A stretch of DNA of 64,000 nucleotides from an uncultured Oscillospiraceae bacterium (GCA_964474405.1 CAYYUV010000006.1:4779-68778); one strand, 5' to 3'; positions 9,257-19,097 are shown, counted from the stretch's first letter. Notes: a model not told the origin generated them from the sequence alone. A program made the numbers and translations.

Positions 9257-10999
9257 ATGGCACAGAAAGTAATCATTCCCCGCATGGGACAGACCATGAC
9301 CGAGGGCACGGTCGCCAAATGGTGCGTGCCGGACGGCACGGCGGTCGAAACGGGTCAGGACGTTTATGAGCTTGAATATGACAAATCCACCGCGACCGTG
9401 CAGGCCAAAAAGGCCGGCGTTCTCAGACAGCTTGTCAAGGACGGCGCGGTAATTCCCGTAGGCCAGCCGGTCGGCGTGATCCTCGAGAACGGCGAGAAGC
9501 TGGAGGAGGTCAATTTGCAGGGCTACGAGGTAGCCAACTCCGCTCTTGCCGGCAAGAATCCGGACGCCCCCAAACAGGCTGCGGCCTCGCCCGCCGCGGC
9601 GCCAGCAGCGCCAAAGGACGCTGACGTGATCGTGATCGGCGGCGGCCCCGGTGGCTATGTCTGCGCTTTGAAAGCGGCCATGCTTGGCGCCAAGGTCATC
9701 CTTGTCGAGCGCGACAGCGTCGGCGGCACCTGCCTCAACCGCGGATGCATTCCGACCAAGGCGCTTTTGCAGAGTGCCGAGCTGTATGAGCACATTCTCG
9801 AAGGCGGCAAGATGGGCATCAACGCCGCGGACGTGACGGTTGATTATGACAAGGTTGATGCGTATCGCGGCAAGGTCGTCACAACGCTGGTCAAGGGCGT
9901 CGAAGGCCTTTTGAAGGCGCGCAAGGTTGAGCTGGTTCGCGGCGAAGCGTCGTTTGCGGCCGCCGGAACGCTTGACGTCGCGCTGCAGGACGGCACAAAG
10001 CGCAGTCTGTCCGCTCCGAATATCGTCATCGCTGCGGGATCGCGCTCGGCAACTCCGCCGATTCCGGGTCTCAACGGCAAAAATGTGATCACCAGCACCG
10101 AGGCGTTGGATGTCAAGAATCTGCCAAAGAGCATGGCGATCATCGGCGGCGGCGTAATCGGCATGGAGATCGGCGCGGTCTATGCGGCGTTTGGCGTGAA
10201 GATCGTCGTTATCGAGGCTCTGCCGCGCATCCTGCCCAACATGGATGAGGAGATCTCGGCCGCCTATACCGCCATCGCAAAGAAGAAGATGGAGATTCAC
10301 ACCTCTGCCCGCGTTTCCGCGATTGAGGATGCGGCGGAGGGCAAGACCGTCCGATATACCGAGAACGATCAGGAAAAGACGGCGGATGTCGATGTCGTAT
10401 TGGTCGCGGTAGGCCGCACGCCGGACACCGCGTCGCTGAAGCTTGATAAGGCGGGCGTTGCGATGGAGCGGGCGAAGGTTGTCGTAAACGACCGGTTTGA
10501 GACAAATGTTCCCGGTGTGTACTGCATCGGCGATGCAAACGCCAGGACAATGCTTGCGCACGTTGCATCCGCACAGGGCGTGGCGGTAGCCGAGCAGATC
10601 ACGGGGCATACCCCCGCCATCGCGCAGAACATCATCCCAAGCTGCATCTACACCGATCCTGAGATTGCGGCTGTCGGCCTGACCGAAGCGCAGGTCAAGG
10701 ACAGCGGCCGTGAATATAAGGTGGGCAAGTTCTCCCTGCGCGCAAACGGCCGTTCCCTCGTTGTGGATCGTCCGAACGGGTTTGTCAAGATCATCGGCGA
10801 TGCCAAGACCAACGAGGTGCTGGGCGTGCATATCATCGGCGCGTTTGCGACCGAGATGATCGGCGAATGCGCCGCTGTCATGAAGCTGGAGGGCTGCGTA
10901 GAGGACATCGCGCATACCATCCACGCGCATCCCACGGTCGGCGAATCCGTTATGGAAGCGGCTGAGAAGTATCTCGGCGGCGCCATCCACAGTCTGTAA
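9257..10999 (+). CDS. dihydrolipoyl dehydrogenase E3 with an N-terminal lipoyl domain
   Basis: The first 80 aa or so form a lipoyl domain (ELEYDKSTATVQAKKAG). FAD motif GGGPGGYVCA, redox-active GGTCLNRGCIPTK and C-terminal HAHPT follow. Confidence 0.85.
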   Translation: MAQKVIIPRMGQTMTEGTVAKWCVPDGTAVETGQDVYELEYDKSTATVQAKKAGVLRQLVKDGAVIPVGQPVGVILENGEKLEEVNLQGYEVANSALAGKNPDAPKQAAASPAAAPAAPKDADVIVIGGGPGGYVCALKAAMLGAKVILVERDSVGGTCLNRGCIPTKALLQSAELYEHILEGGKMGINAADVTVDYDKVDAYRGKVVTTLVKGVEGLLKARKVELVRGEASFAAAGTLDVALQDGTKRSLSAPNIVIAAGSRSATPPIPGLNGKNVITSTEALDVKNLPKSMAIIGGGVIGMEIGAVYAAFGVKIVVIEALPRILPNMDEEISAAYTAIAKKKMEIHTSARVSAIEDAAEGKTVRYTENDQEKTADVDVVLVAVGRTPDTASLKLDKAGVAMERAKVVVNDRFETNVPGVYCIGDANARTMLAHVASAQGVAVAEQITGHTPAIAQNIIPSCIYTDPEIAAVGLTEAQVKDSGREYKVGKFSLRANGRSLVVDRPNGFVKIIGDAKTNEVLGVHIIGAFATEMIGECAAVMKLEGCVEDIAHTIHAHPTVGESVMEAAEKYLGGAIHSL

Positions 11000-11050
11000 T
11001 GTCGGCTGATGGCCGAATTTCGGAATATTTTCATTAGGAGGTACCACAAC

Positions 11051-11929
11051 ATGAAACGGAAGATTGGTTTTATCGGCGTAGGAAACATGGGCAAGGGCAT
11101 CTGCCACAACCTGATCCTGGCCGGCAACGACGTATCCGTGTTCGACGTCAACAAGGAGGCGAAGGAGCGGTTTAAGGGCGAAGCCTACATGGCTTCTTCC
11201 CCGGACGACGTGTTTGAGCGCAGTGAGGTCACCTTTCTGTCTCTGCCAAATTCCAACATCGTCGAAAGCACGATGGAGGGCTTCTTTGCTATCGGTGTAG
11301 CGGGCAAGGTCGTCGTAGATCTGTCCACCAGCTATCCCGGTTCCACCCGCAAGCTGGCCGCGCGTATGCGCGAAGCCGGCGGCGCGTTCATCGATTCGCC
11401 GCTGATCGCGGGTCCGCAGGAGGCGTGGGACAAGACGCTGACCATCGTGGTGGCCGGTGATAAGGATGTCATTGACCGGTATGACGATATGTTCAACAGC
11501 TATTGCAAGTCGTACGATTATGTCGGCGAGAGCGGCAACGGCCATCTGATGAAGCTGGCTCAGAACTGGGCGGGTCTGCTGCAGGCGATCATGTACGCGC
11601 AGCTCTATCCGGTCATGGCCAAGCACGGCATCGACCAGCCCACGCTGTACAAGGTGCTCAACAGCGAGTTCTTTGACAACTGGTTCTTCCAGTTTTATAG
11701 CAAGAAGTACATCGATAAGAACTATCATATGGACTTCGCTCTGAAGCTCGGCCTGAAGGATCTGACCTACATGAAGAAGCTTTGCGACGATCTCAACGTC
11801 CCCGGCTTTATGCTGGACGGCGCGATCGACCTTTGCCGCGTCGCGCTCAAGGAAGGGCACGATCAGGGCATTGAGCAGGATATGTCGCACGTTGCGGACA
11901 CGATGTATCAGTACGTTGGCCTGAAGTAA
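11051..11929 (+). CDS. NAD(P)-dependent beta-hydroxyacid dehydrogenase (MmsB/GarR family)
   Basis: Rossmann motif KIGFIGVGNMGKG at the N-terminus; about 292 aa; family-typical length and layout. Confidence 0.7.
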   Translation: MKRKIGFIGVGNMGKGICHNLILAGNDVSVFDVNKEAKERFKGEAYMASSPDDVFERSEVTFLSLPNSNIVESTMEGFFAIGVAGKVVVDLSTSYPGSTRKLAARMREAGGAFIDSPLIAGPQEAWDKTLTIVVAGDKDVIDRYDDMFNSYCKSYDYVGESGNGHLMKLAQNWAGLLQAIMYAQLYPVMAKHGIDQPTLYKVLNSEFFDNWFFQFYSKKYIDKNYHMDFALKLGLKDLTYMKKLCDDLNVPGFMLDGAIDLCRVALKEGHDQGIEQDMSHVADTMYQYVGLK

Positions 11930-12000
11930 GCACATGTAATTTCTTCGGCGGATGCGCGGCAACATGGCGCATCCGTCGGGGAAGTCGCGGAGGATACCCC

Positions 12001-13479
12001 ATGGAGAAGCAATTTATCGCATCGTACGACTTTGGCACGGGCGGCGTCAAGGCCGTACTAATCGGCTTGGATTGCAAGGTGGAGGCCTATGCCACCGCCT
12101 ATTATCCCCTTTTGTCGCCGCAGTCCGGCTGGGCGGAGCAGGATCCGGATGCCTATTGGCAGGCGGTATGCAACGCAACGCGGCAGACCGTGGAGAAGGC
12201 GGGCATTCGCCCCGAACAGGTCGTGGGCGTCGTCTTCGGTACGATGTGGAAGGGCATCATTCCGCTGGATGCGGAGGATCATGTGCTGCACAACTGCATC
12301 ATCTGGCTGGATGCGCGTGCGGACAAACAGGCGGAGGAGCTCAACGCGCGGCTGCCGGAGGGCGGCTATTGCGCACAGGATTATTGGGCAAAGCTGCTCT
12401 GGCTGCGCGAGACGCATCCCGAGATCTATGACAAAACCGCCTGCATTCTGGAGAATAATTCTTATCTGAAGTTTAAGGCAACCGGCAAGAAGGGCGTGGA
12501 TCTGACAAACTGCCTCGTCACTTCTTCCAAACCCGCGCTGAAGGCGGAGTATGAGCGCATTATGCACGCTGCAGGCGTTGATCTCTCCCTGTTTCCGCGT
12601 GAGCTGATGCCGTGGGAGAGCATCGGCGGCTTGACTGCGGAGGCCGCAGGGCAGATGGGGCTTTCCAAAGACACGCCGGTGTTCGGTGGCTGCGGCGACA
12701 TCCCCGCCATTGCGATCGGTTCCGGCAGCAGCGGCATGGGCGCGGGGCATATCTATCTCGGTTCGTCCGGCTGGCTCGGCGTTACCGTGCCGGAGCGCGT
12801 GACCGGCGTGGGCGAGTGCTATCAGACGCTTGACCGGGAAAAGGAAATTCTGCTGTACGTTCTGCAATCCGCAGGCATGAGCTTTGACTGGGCAATCCGC
12901 CAGTTTTACCATGCCGAGTGGGAACAGTACGGACGCGATGTGTATGATCTGGTCAACGCGGAGATGGATACGGTACCCGCCGGATCCTGCAATCTCCTTG
13001 CCACGCCCTGGCTGCATGGTGAGCGGCCGCCGCTGTCGGATAAGGCGCGCGGCGTGTTTATCAATATGGACGCCAACCATGAGCGCAAGCATTTTGTCCA
13101 CGCCATGCTGGAGAGCGTCTGCTTCATGCTTCGGTTGAAGCTGGAGGCCTATCGGCGCGAGACGTGGCAGGATGTCAATACGCTCCGTGTGGTGGGCGGC
13201 GGCACCTGTACGCATAAATGGATGCAGATGATGGCCGATATCCTGAACGTTGTGATTGAGGTTCCGCCGAACGCGCGCCATGCGGGCGCGATTGGCACCG
13301 CCTATTGCGCGCTCATCGGGCTTGGTGTGTGCAAAAACTTTGAGGATGCAAACCGGCTGGTCGGCATTGAATCGCGTTATGTGCCAAATCCTGAGAATCA
13401 GGAGTTGTATGAACGCCAGTTCGGTATTTTTCGCCGGCTGTACCCGGCGTTAAAGGATGTTTTTCAGGCCATGAATTGA
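12001..13479 (+). CDS. FGGY-family carbohydrate kinase (xylulokinase-like)
   Basis: N-terminal YDFGTGGVKAV and WAEQDPDAYW motifs; 492 aa, typical of the FGGY family. Confidence 0.8.
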   Translation: MEKQFIASYDFGTGGVKAVLIGLDCKVEAYATAYYPLLSPQSGWAEQDPDAYWQAVCNATRQTVEKAGIRPEQVVGVVFGTMWKGIIPLDAEDHVLHNCIIWLDARADKQAEELNARLPEGGYCAQDYWAKLLWLRETHPEIYDKTACILENNSYLKFKATGKKGVDLTNCLVTSSKPALKAEYERIMHAAGVDLSLFPRELMPWESIGGLTAEAAGQMGLSKDTPVFGGCGDIPAIAIGSGSSGMGAGHIYLGSSGWLGVTVPERVTGVGECYQTLDREKEILLYVLQSAGMSFDWAIRQFYHAEWEQYGRDVYDLVNAEMDTVPAGSCNLLATPWLHGERPPLSDKARGVFINMDANHERKHFVHAMLESVCFMLRLKLEAYRRETWQDVNTLRVVGGGTCTHKWMQMMADILNVVIEVPPNARHAGAIGTAYCALIGLGVCKNFEDANRLVGIESRYVPNPENQELYERQFGIFRRLYPALKDVFQAMN

Positions 13480-13536
13480 TGGCAGTATCGATGTATGAAG
13501 GGGATGTGCGTATGGTGATACGCACGAGTAACGGGA

Positions 13537-15042
13537 ATGAAAATTGCGGTTTGTGAGTTCAGACAGGAATCCAATTCGTTTAACCCTGTCGTTACTACGC
13601 GTGACTACTTTGAGTGCGGAGGCATCTTTTCAGGTGACGCGTTTGTGCAAAAGGCATTGAAGGAGCCGTGCGCCGTATCCGGCATGCTGCATGAGCTGTC
13701 TGAGGCCAAAGCCGAGGTTATTCCGGCATATTCCATGGTTTCGCAGAGCGGCGGCCCCGTGGATCAGGCGCTGATGGATGAGTTTCTGGAGCATACGCTT
13801 CCGGTGTTGGAGGCGCATCTGCCGCTGGACGGCGTGTTGGTTTCCCTGCATGGCGCAACGCAGGGGACCGGCTGCGAGGACTTTTCCGGCGATATTCTGG
13901 AGAAGATCCGCGCCCTTGTCGGGGAAAAAACCGTGATCTCATGTTCCTGTGATCTGCATGCAAACGTGACCGATAAGTTCATTCGCAATGCGGATTATGT
14001 CTGCGGATACCAGACCTATCCGCACACCGACTATTTTGAAACCGGAAGCCGCGCCGCTCGCATGGCGATTGGACGTCTGTTGGGCGAGGAGATCCATATG
14101 GTCGGCGTTCGTCTGCCCATGATCGCCCCTGCCAACAGCTATACCACGTTGTCCGGCTTCTTTGGCGATTTGATGCGCGAGGCAAAGGAGTTGATCGCGG
14201 ACGGCACGCTGATGGACGTTTCCATCTTTCAAATGCAGCCGTGGCTGGATGTTTCGGTCGGCGGCACCACGGTTCTTGCCATCGCGGGGGATCGTGACGT
14301 CGCAGCGGCAAAGAGCATGTATCTTGCCCGTAAGCTGTTTGATAACCGCGGCCTATTTGAGAGCCGCATGATGTCCATTGACGAGATCATTGATATCGCC
14401 GAGAAGAACGATAAGGACATGCCGGTCATCCTCGTCGATTCGTCCGATTCCACCAACGCGGGCGCACCGGGCGACAGCGCCGCCGTCGTCAGACGGCTGG
14501 TGGAGCGGGACTCCAAGCTCAGCGTCGCTTTTGTTCTCAATGATGAGCCCGCCGTCCGCGCGGCTTTTGCGGCCGGCCGCGGCGCGGAGCTCAAGCTGAC
14601 GCTTGGCTGCTCCAAGGACAAGACATACAGCATTTCCGCCGATGTGACGGCGACCGTTGTCGATCTGTTCCCCGACGCGACGTTTACCCAGGAGGGGCCG
14701 GCCGGCAAGGGTCTGATCAACCACATTGGCGACGCCGCAGTTCTGCGCGTCGGCAACATCGATGTGCTGGTGTGTGAGAGCATTGCGGGCAACGGTGATC
14801 CGCAGCTGTATCGCGCCTTTGGGATCGAGCCGCTGAAGCATCAGCTCGTCGTGGTCAAGGCCTGCACCTCGTATCGCGCGGCGTACCTGCTGATGTCGGA
14901 TCTGATCTATGATGCCAACACCGCGGGCGCTGCCTGCCCCGATCTCAATACGTTCCACTATGCGCACCTGCCAAAGAGCTTTGCCCCGTTTAACAAGGTC
15001 TGGCCGGGTGATCCGCTGTCGCAGCTCGTCTGCCGCGGCTGA
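13537..15042 (+). CDS. M81 family metallopeptidase (MlrC-like)
   Basis: N-terminus MKIAVCEFRQESNSFNP and a length of about 500 aa match my recollection of MlrC/DUF1485 proteins. Confidence 0.6.
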   Translation: MKIAVCEFRQESNSFNPVVTTRDYFECGGIFSGDAFVQKALKEPCAVSGMLHELSEAKAEVIPAYSMVSQSGGPVDQALMDEFLEHTLPVLEAHLPLDGVLVSLHGATQGTGCEDFSGDILEKIRALVGEKTVISCSCDLHANVTDKFIRNADYVCGYQTYPHTDYFETGSRAARMAIGRLLGEEIHMVGVRLPMIAPANSYTTLSGFFGDLMREAKELIADGTLMDVSIFQMQPWLDVSVGGTTVLAIAGDRDVAAAKSMYLARKLFDNRGLFESRMMSIDEIIDIAEKNDKDMPVILVDSSDSTNAGAPGDSAAVVRRLVERDSKLSVAFVLNDEPAVRAAFAAGRGAELKLTLGCSKDKTYSISADVTATVVDLFPDATFTQEGPAGKGLINHIGDAAVLRVGNIDVLVCESIAGNGDPQLYRAFGIEPLKHQLVVVKACTSYRAAYLLMSDLIYDANTAGAACPDLNTFHYAHLPKSFAPFNKVWPGDPLSQLVCRG

Positions 15043-15092
15043 CGGGCAAAAGTCGTACCCTCCGACTTTTTGCGCAGGCGCAAACAAAAAAT

Positions 15093-15123
15093 GGAGCTGC
15101 CGGTTTGCTTGTCCGGCAGCTCC
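15093..15123. terminator. bidirectional intrinsic terminator between convergent genes
   Basis: Perfect 11-bp stem GGAGCTGCCGG/CCGGCAGCTCC, flanked by an A-run upstream and a T-rich stretch downstream. Confidence 0.7.
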
Positions 15124-15140
15124 CATTTTGTTGTAAATGC

Positions 15141-16313
15141 TTATTTTCCGATCTTGCGGTAGGCGTCCTCATAGTAGACGATATCGCCCGTATCCGCGAG
15201 CCAAAGGGCTTTCTGCGCCGTCCAAGCCTCGTCCTGCTTGCTGCCGAGAACCGTGGCGCGTATGCGCGTCTCCGCATCGGAAAAGCTCACAACGCCGCTC
15301 GGCTCCGCGCCCACCATATTGACAATCACGCAGGAATCCTCCAGCAGAATCGGTTCGGAATACTGACCCGGCGCAAGGGCAAGCAGAGCAGCAAGCACAT
15401 CCTCGCCATAGCTGTCGTCGCCCGAAGCCAGCATCGGAATCCCTTTCTCGGCCAGCACGGGATAATCGATATAGGTGCTGTCCTCGCCATACTCCGCCAA
15501 TACTTCCGCAAAATCCGCTCCGCCCTTCAGCTTCTCATAGGCGGCGGCGATGGAGCGCTGTGCCTTCTTGGAGGAGTCCGCAATTTTCAATATCCGAACC
15601 CGTACTATACCCTCCGGCACATACAAAACCGGCGCTTTTCCCGTCTTGTCACTGGCGGTCAGCGCTTTAACGCAGGCGTCGCTTGCCTCGGCATACAGCG
15701 TTTGCTGTTCGGCCAGGGTGTCGTCGTAGTAGGCCTGCAATGCCTCATCGCTCACGGTTACGTCGCCTGTCACGCTGTCGCGCAAAAGGGTCAGCACCTT
15801 GTCCTCATAATATTGCGCATACAGATACGCGCGGTATTCCTTCCAGTTCATGTCCATGCCGCTGTCCTGAATCGCTTGCATCAATGTGCGAACCGCAGCG
15901 CTTCTGCTGGTGCTGGTTCCGGCCTCCTTCGCTTTGTTGACATATACGGCAATCAGCTTTTCCAGCTGTTCGTCAATCGCTTTTTCAACGGCCTGAATCT
16001 GCTCACTGCTCAGCGTGCCCATCCCAAGCTTGTCCGCTTCGTTGAGAAGGATCTTCTTTTCAAGCAGCTCCGCAATCACGCTGTCCTGCAGCTTCTCGAT
16101 CGCACGCGTGTTCTTGGGCAGGGTGTAGTTGTATGCGGTGTACAGATCGATATAGTAGTTGTAGCGCTGTTCGATCTCCGCAACGGTCAACGTGCGTGCT
16201 CCCACCTGTACGGCGACAGGGCTTTGGGCCGTGGTGTTTGCACAGGCGGCAGACATCGCAAAGATGCAGCAAAGAACAATCAGTTGAGCGGTACGTTTTA
16301 TAAGTGTCTTCAT
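15141..16313 (-). CDS. PrsA/SurA-like parvulin-type peptidyl-prolyl isomerase lipoprotein
   Basis: Starts MKTLIKRTAQLIVLCCIFAMSAAC (signal peptide plus lipobox-like Cys). C-terminal PPIC-like region reads GGADFAEVLAEYGED...PGQYSEPILLEDSCVIV. GAGGA RBS. Confidence 0.7.
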   Translation of the reverse strand: MKTLIKRTAQLIVLCCIFAMSAACANTTAQSPVAVQVGARTLTVAEIEQRYNYYIDLYTAYNYTLPKNTRAIEKLQDSVIAELLEKKILLNEADKLGMGTLSSEQIQAVEKAIDEQLEKLIAVYVNKAKEAGTSTSRSAAVRTLMQAIQDSGMDMNWKEYRAYLYAQYYEDKVLTLLRDSVTGDVTVSDEALQAYYDDTLAEQQTLYAEASDACVKALTASDKTGKAPVLYVPEGIVRVRILKIADSSKKAQRSIAAAYEKLKGGADFAEVLAEYGEDSTYIDYPVLAEKGIPMLASGDDSYGEDVLAALLALAPGQYSEPILLEDSCVIVNMVGAEPSGVVSFSDAETRIRATVLGSKQDEAWTAQKALWLADTGDIVYYEDAYRKIGK

Positions 16314-16649
16314 GTGTGTCCTCATTCCTGGGCGGGATCGCCCCCGCACGGTTAGCATCTATTTTACCGAAATTGCATGAATATTGCAAGGCTTTCGCAT
16401 CTGAAATAATAAAATCAGAACAAACTGTATCGATTGCCGGTTGCCGTTTTTCTGACGGCATGATAAAATAATCCAATTATCGACAGACACGGCAGGCGGT
16501 CATCGATCCTGCCATCCGTAAGGATCAAAGAGCAGGGGAGACCCGGATACGGATTTCCCATGACCAATCGCTTGGGCGGGCGTGTGTGACGGAGACAGAA
16601 GTCATCACCCGCGACAAATTTATGAAACGGCGCAAGGATCAAGCTTGAT

Positions 16650-17321
16650 ATGCGATTGCCCCCACTGAAAAGTAAACAGGACGTGGAGAAGCTGGTGCAG
16701 CAGACCGGCTTTCTTCCGTTCTTTCGCAACGAGATCCCCGGCTTTTCCGTCGAGGAGCTGACGCCGCCCGATTACTGGTTTGTCGATGGCGTGGAGGGAC
16801 CGTGGGAATGGAAGGAGCAGATCACAGGCGAGGGAAAAATCGCCTATGGGAAGCTCTTCCGAAAGCGAGCGGGTTATGTATCGCTGGATTGGTACCCGGA
16901 TCTGTGTAATTTCAGACGCAACGGATATGATTTTGAGGGCTTTTTCGAGGACGGTTTCGCCCCGTATAAGAGTCGTGAGATCGTAGAAGCGCTGGAGAAG
17001 AACGGCCCCATGCTGTCCAAAGCCCTAAAGGAGACGCTGGGCTATGTGCGCGGCGGCAAAAAGGGTTTTGACGCGGCCATCACGCTGCTTCAGATGCAGA
17101 CGTTCGTCGCGATTGACGATTTTGTCTATCAGCGGGATCGCTTCGGCCGTCCTTACGGCTGGGGCGTGGCCAGATATTGCACGGCGGAGCAGCGGTTTTC
17201 CGAGACGCTCATCAATGCCGCCGCATGTACGCCGGAGGAATCGCTTGAGCGGATCACCGATCAGTTGATCGGGATCGTACCGGCCGTGTCACGAAAGGAG
17301 ATGAAAGTGTGGATTCAATAA
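16650..17321 (+). CDS. conserved hypothetical protein (possibly AlkZ/YcaQ-related winged-helix family)
   Basis: Coding-like GC3 bias. The motif GFLPFFRNEIPGFSVEELT...PWEWK recalls AlkZ-related proteins from memory only. Confidence 0.35.
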   Translation: MRLPPLKSKQDVEKLVQQTGFLPFFRNEIPGFSVEELTPPDYWFVDGVEGPWEWKEQITGEGKIAYGKLFRKRAGYVSLDWYPDLCNFRRNGYDFEGFFEDGFAPYKSREIVEALEKNGPMLSKALKETLGYVRGGKKGFDAAITLLQMQTFVAIDDFVYQRDRFGRPYGWGVARYCTAEQRFSETLINAAACTPEESLERITDQLIGIVPAVSRKEMKVWIQ

Positions 17322-17992
17322 ATATGCCTGCCTATCGCTGTCTGGTGCTGGATCATGACGATACCGCCGTGCGCAGTACGCCTGAGATCAATTATCCTTC
17401 GTTTATGGACGCCATGCGCACGCTGCGGCCGGACTTTTCCTGTACGCTGCCTGAGTTCATGCAGTACAATTTCGATCCCGGTTTTTCGGCGCTGTGCCGC
17501 GATATCCTCAAGCTGGATGATGAGGAGCTGCGCATACAGGAGGAGAACTGGTTTCGCTGCGTCATGCGGCAGGCGCCGTCGTTTTATCCGGGCATGCCGG
17601 AATTGATCCGCCGCTTCCGCAATGTCGGCGGAACGGTCTGCGTCGTGTCACATTCCTATCAGAAAAACATCCTGCGCGATTATCGCGCCGGTTGCGGCCT
17701 GGAGCCGGATCAGATCTACGGATGGGAGCTGGGGGAGGCATGCCGTAAGCCGCATCCCTATCCCATCCGGGAGATCCTGCGCACGACCGGGCTCTTGCCA
17801 TCCGACCTGTTGATGGTGGATGATCTCAAGCCCGGTCTGGATATGGCGCATGCATGCGGCGTGCCGTTTGCTTATGCCGGCTGGTCGTGCGAGGTTCCGG
17901 CAATCGCTGCGTATATGCGTGCGCATGCTGATTTCTTCCTGGATGCGCCCGCCGATCTTAACAGGCTTTTATTTGCCGAACAGGGTTGTTGA
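17309..17992 (+). CDS. HAD-superfamily hydrolase (phosphatase-like)
   Basis: GTG 17309 with GGAG 8 nt upstream. HAD motif I is LVLDHDDTAV; motif IV-like MVDDLKPG is also present. Confidence 0.7.
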   Translation: MDSINMPAYRCLVLDHDDTAVRSTPEINYPSFMDAMRTLRPDFSCTLPEFMQYNFDPGFSALCRDILKLDDEELRIQEENWFRCVMRQAPSFYPGMPELIRRFRNVGGTVCVVSHSYQKNILRDYRAGCGLEPDQIYGWELGEACRKPHPYPIREILRTTGLLPSDLLMVDDLKPGLDMAHACGVPFAYAGWSCEVPAIAAYMRAHADFFLDAPADLNRLLFAEQGC

Positions 17993-18868
17993 CAGATATT
18001 TTTCGCCGCGGTCGGGGAACATGCACACAATAACGCCGTGGGAGATCTCATCCGCGACAGCCTTTGCCGCCATCATTGATGCGCCGGCCGACATGCCGAC
18101 AAAAATGCCCTCCTCACGCACGATCTGCCGCGACATGGCAAACGCTTCCTCACTCTCGATCATGATTGTACGATCGATCGCCGACGGGTCATAGATCGCA
18201 GGAATGATCGCTTCGCCCATGTTTTTGAGTCCCTGAATGTAATGCCCGCGCACCGGCTCTGCCGCAACAATGCGGATTCCCGGATTAACCTCCTTAAGCC
18301 GCTTGCCGACGCCCATCAGCGTGCCGCTCGTCCCAAGGGGGCTGACATAGTGCGTCAGACGTCCGTCCGTATCGCGCAGGATTTCCTCCGCCGTGGTGAT
18401 ATAATGCGTCAGCTTGTTGTATTTGTTGGTAAATTGATCGGGCGTGAAGTACCGCCCCGGGTTTTCCGCGATGCGCCGGCGCGCCTCGCGAATGGCGCCG
18501 TCCGTTCCCATCGTCGCGTCGGTCAGGATCACCTCCGCGCCAAAAGCGCGGATCATCTTCTGCCGCTCGGGGGAGACCGCGGCGCTCATGACAATCTCAA
18601 CACGATATCCCTTGACGGCGCCGATCATCGCAAGCCCGATGCCCGTGTTGCCGCTTGTCGCCTCAATGATGATCTTGTCTGGCGTCAGCGTTCCTTCCGC
18701 CTCCGCTTGCTCGATCATGCGCCGGGCGATGCGATCCTTCATGCTGCCGGTTGGATTATTCCCCTCGATCTTGGCATATACCTCTACATGGGGGTTGGTT
18801 ACGATTCGGTTGATCCGCACAAGCGGGGTGTTGCCGATGGTGTCCAGTATATTTTGATAAACGTGCAT
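17969..18868 (-). CDS. cysK: cysteine synthase (O-acetylserine sulfhydrylase)
   Basis: Contains GNTPLVRINRI, the PLP-lysine context TGSMKDR, and EATSGNTGIGLA. About 300 aa. GGAAAGGAA RBS. Confidence 0.85.
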   Translation of the reverse strand: MHVYQNILDTIGNTPLVRINRIVTNPHVEVYAKIEGNNPTGSMKDRIARRMIEQAEAEGTLTPDKIIIEATSGNTGIGLAMIGAVKGYRVEIVMSAAVSPERQKMIRAFGAEVILTDATMGTDGAIREARRRIAENPGRYFTPDQFTNKYNKLTHYITTAEEILRDTDGRLTHYVSPLGTSGTLMGVGKRLKEVNPGIRIVAAEPVRGHYIQGLKNMGEAIIPAIYDPSAIDRTIMIESEEAFAMSRQIVREEGIFVGMSAGASMMAAKAVADEISHGVIVCMFPDRGEKYLSTTLFGK

Positions 18869-19090
18869 AATGCGTTCCTTTCCTGTAAGCAACAAAAAAA
18901 GCGAGCAGTCACACCGCCCGCAGCATCGGTTATTCGGATACGGCGGTCAACGCCGCCGAAAACAAATAAGCCCCGCAGGCGGATAGCAAGGCATCATACA
19001 ACACAGGGTGTGCGCCCTGCCTTTTCCATTCATGCCGCTTTCGTACCTATCGGGCTGTGTCAAAGCTTGCTCCTTCGTTGTTGCCGTATA
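18869..19090 (-). promoter_or_regulatory. structured 5' leader of cysK (attenuator or riboswitch-like, class unassigned)
   Basis: About 220 nt lie between the predicted promoter and the ATG. Several GC-rich hairpins are present (for example 19004-19019 and 18941-18958). A terminator lies just upstream of the RBS. Confidence 0.45.
18894..18921 (-). terminator. intrinsic terminator inside the cysK leader
   Basis: On the minus strand: GCGGGC, a 9-nt loop, GCTCGC (one G-U pair), then TTTTTTT. Confidence 0.5.
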
Positions 19091-19097
19091 ATATATT

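Noticed and set aside
8993-11965. 990-aa minus-strand ORF opposite the E2 3' end, E3 and the hydroxyacid dehydrogenase.
   Set aside because: The + strand genes carry unambiguous catalytic motifs (GGTCLNRGCIPTK, HAHPT, GFIGVGNMG). The antisense product has none and spans gene boundaries.
11949-11975. Hairpin CGGATGCGC-9 nt-GCGCATCCG between the hydroxyacid dehydrogenase and the FGGY kinase, considered as a terminator.
   Set aside because: No U-tract follows it, and the kinase RBS and start lie 25 nt downstream. It is more likely a neutral intercistronic structure.
15105-16355. 416-aa + strand ORF opposite the PrsA-like gene.
   Set aside because: The minus-strand product has a lipoprotein signal, an RBS and a parvulin-like domain. 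The + strand product is Arg/Leu/Gly-rich with no features.
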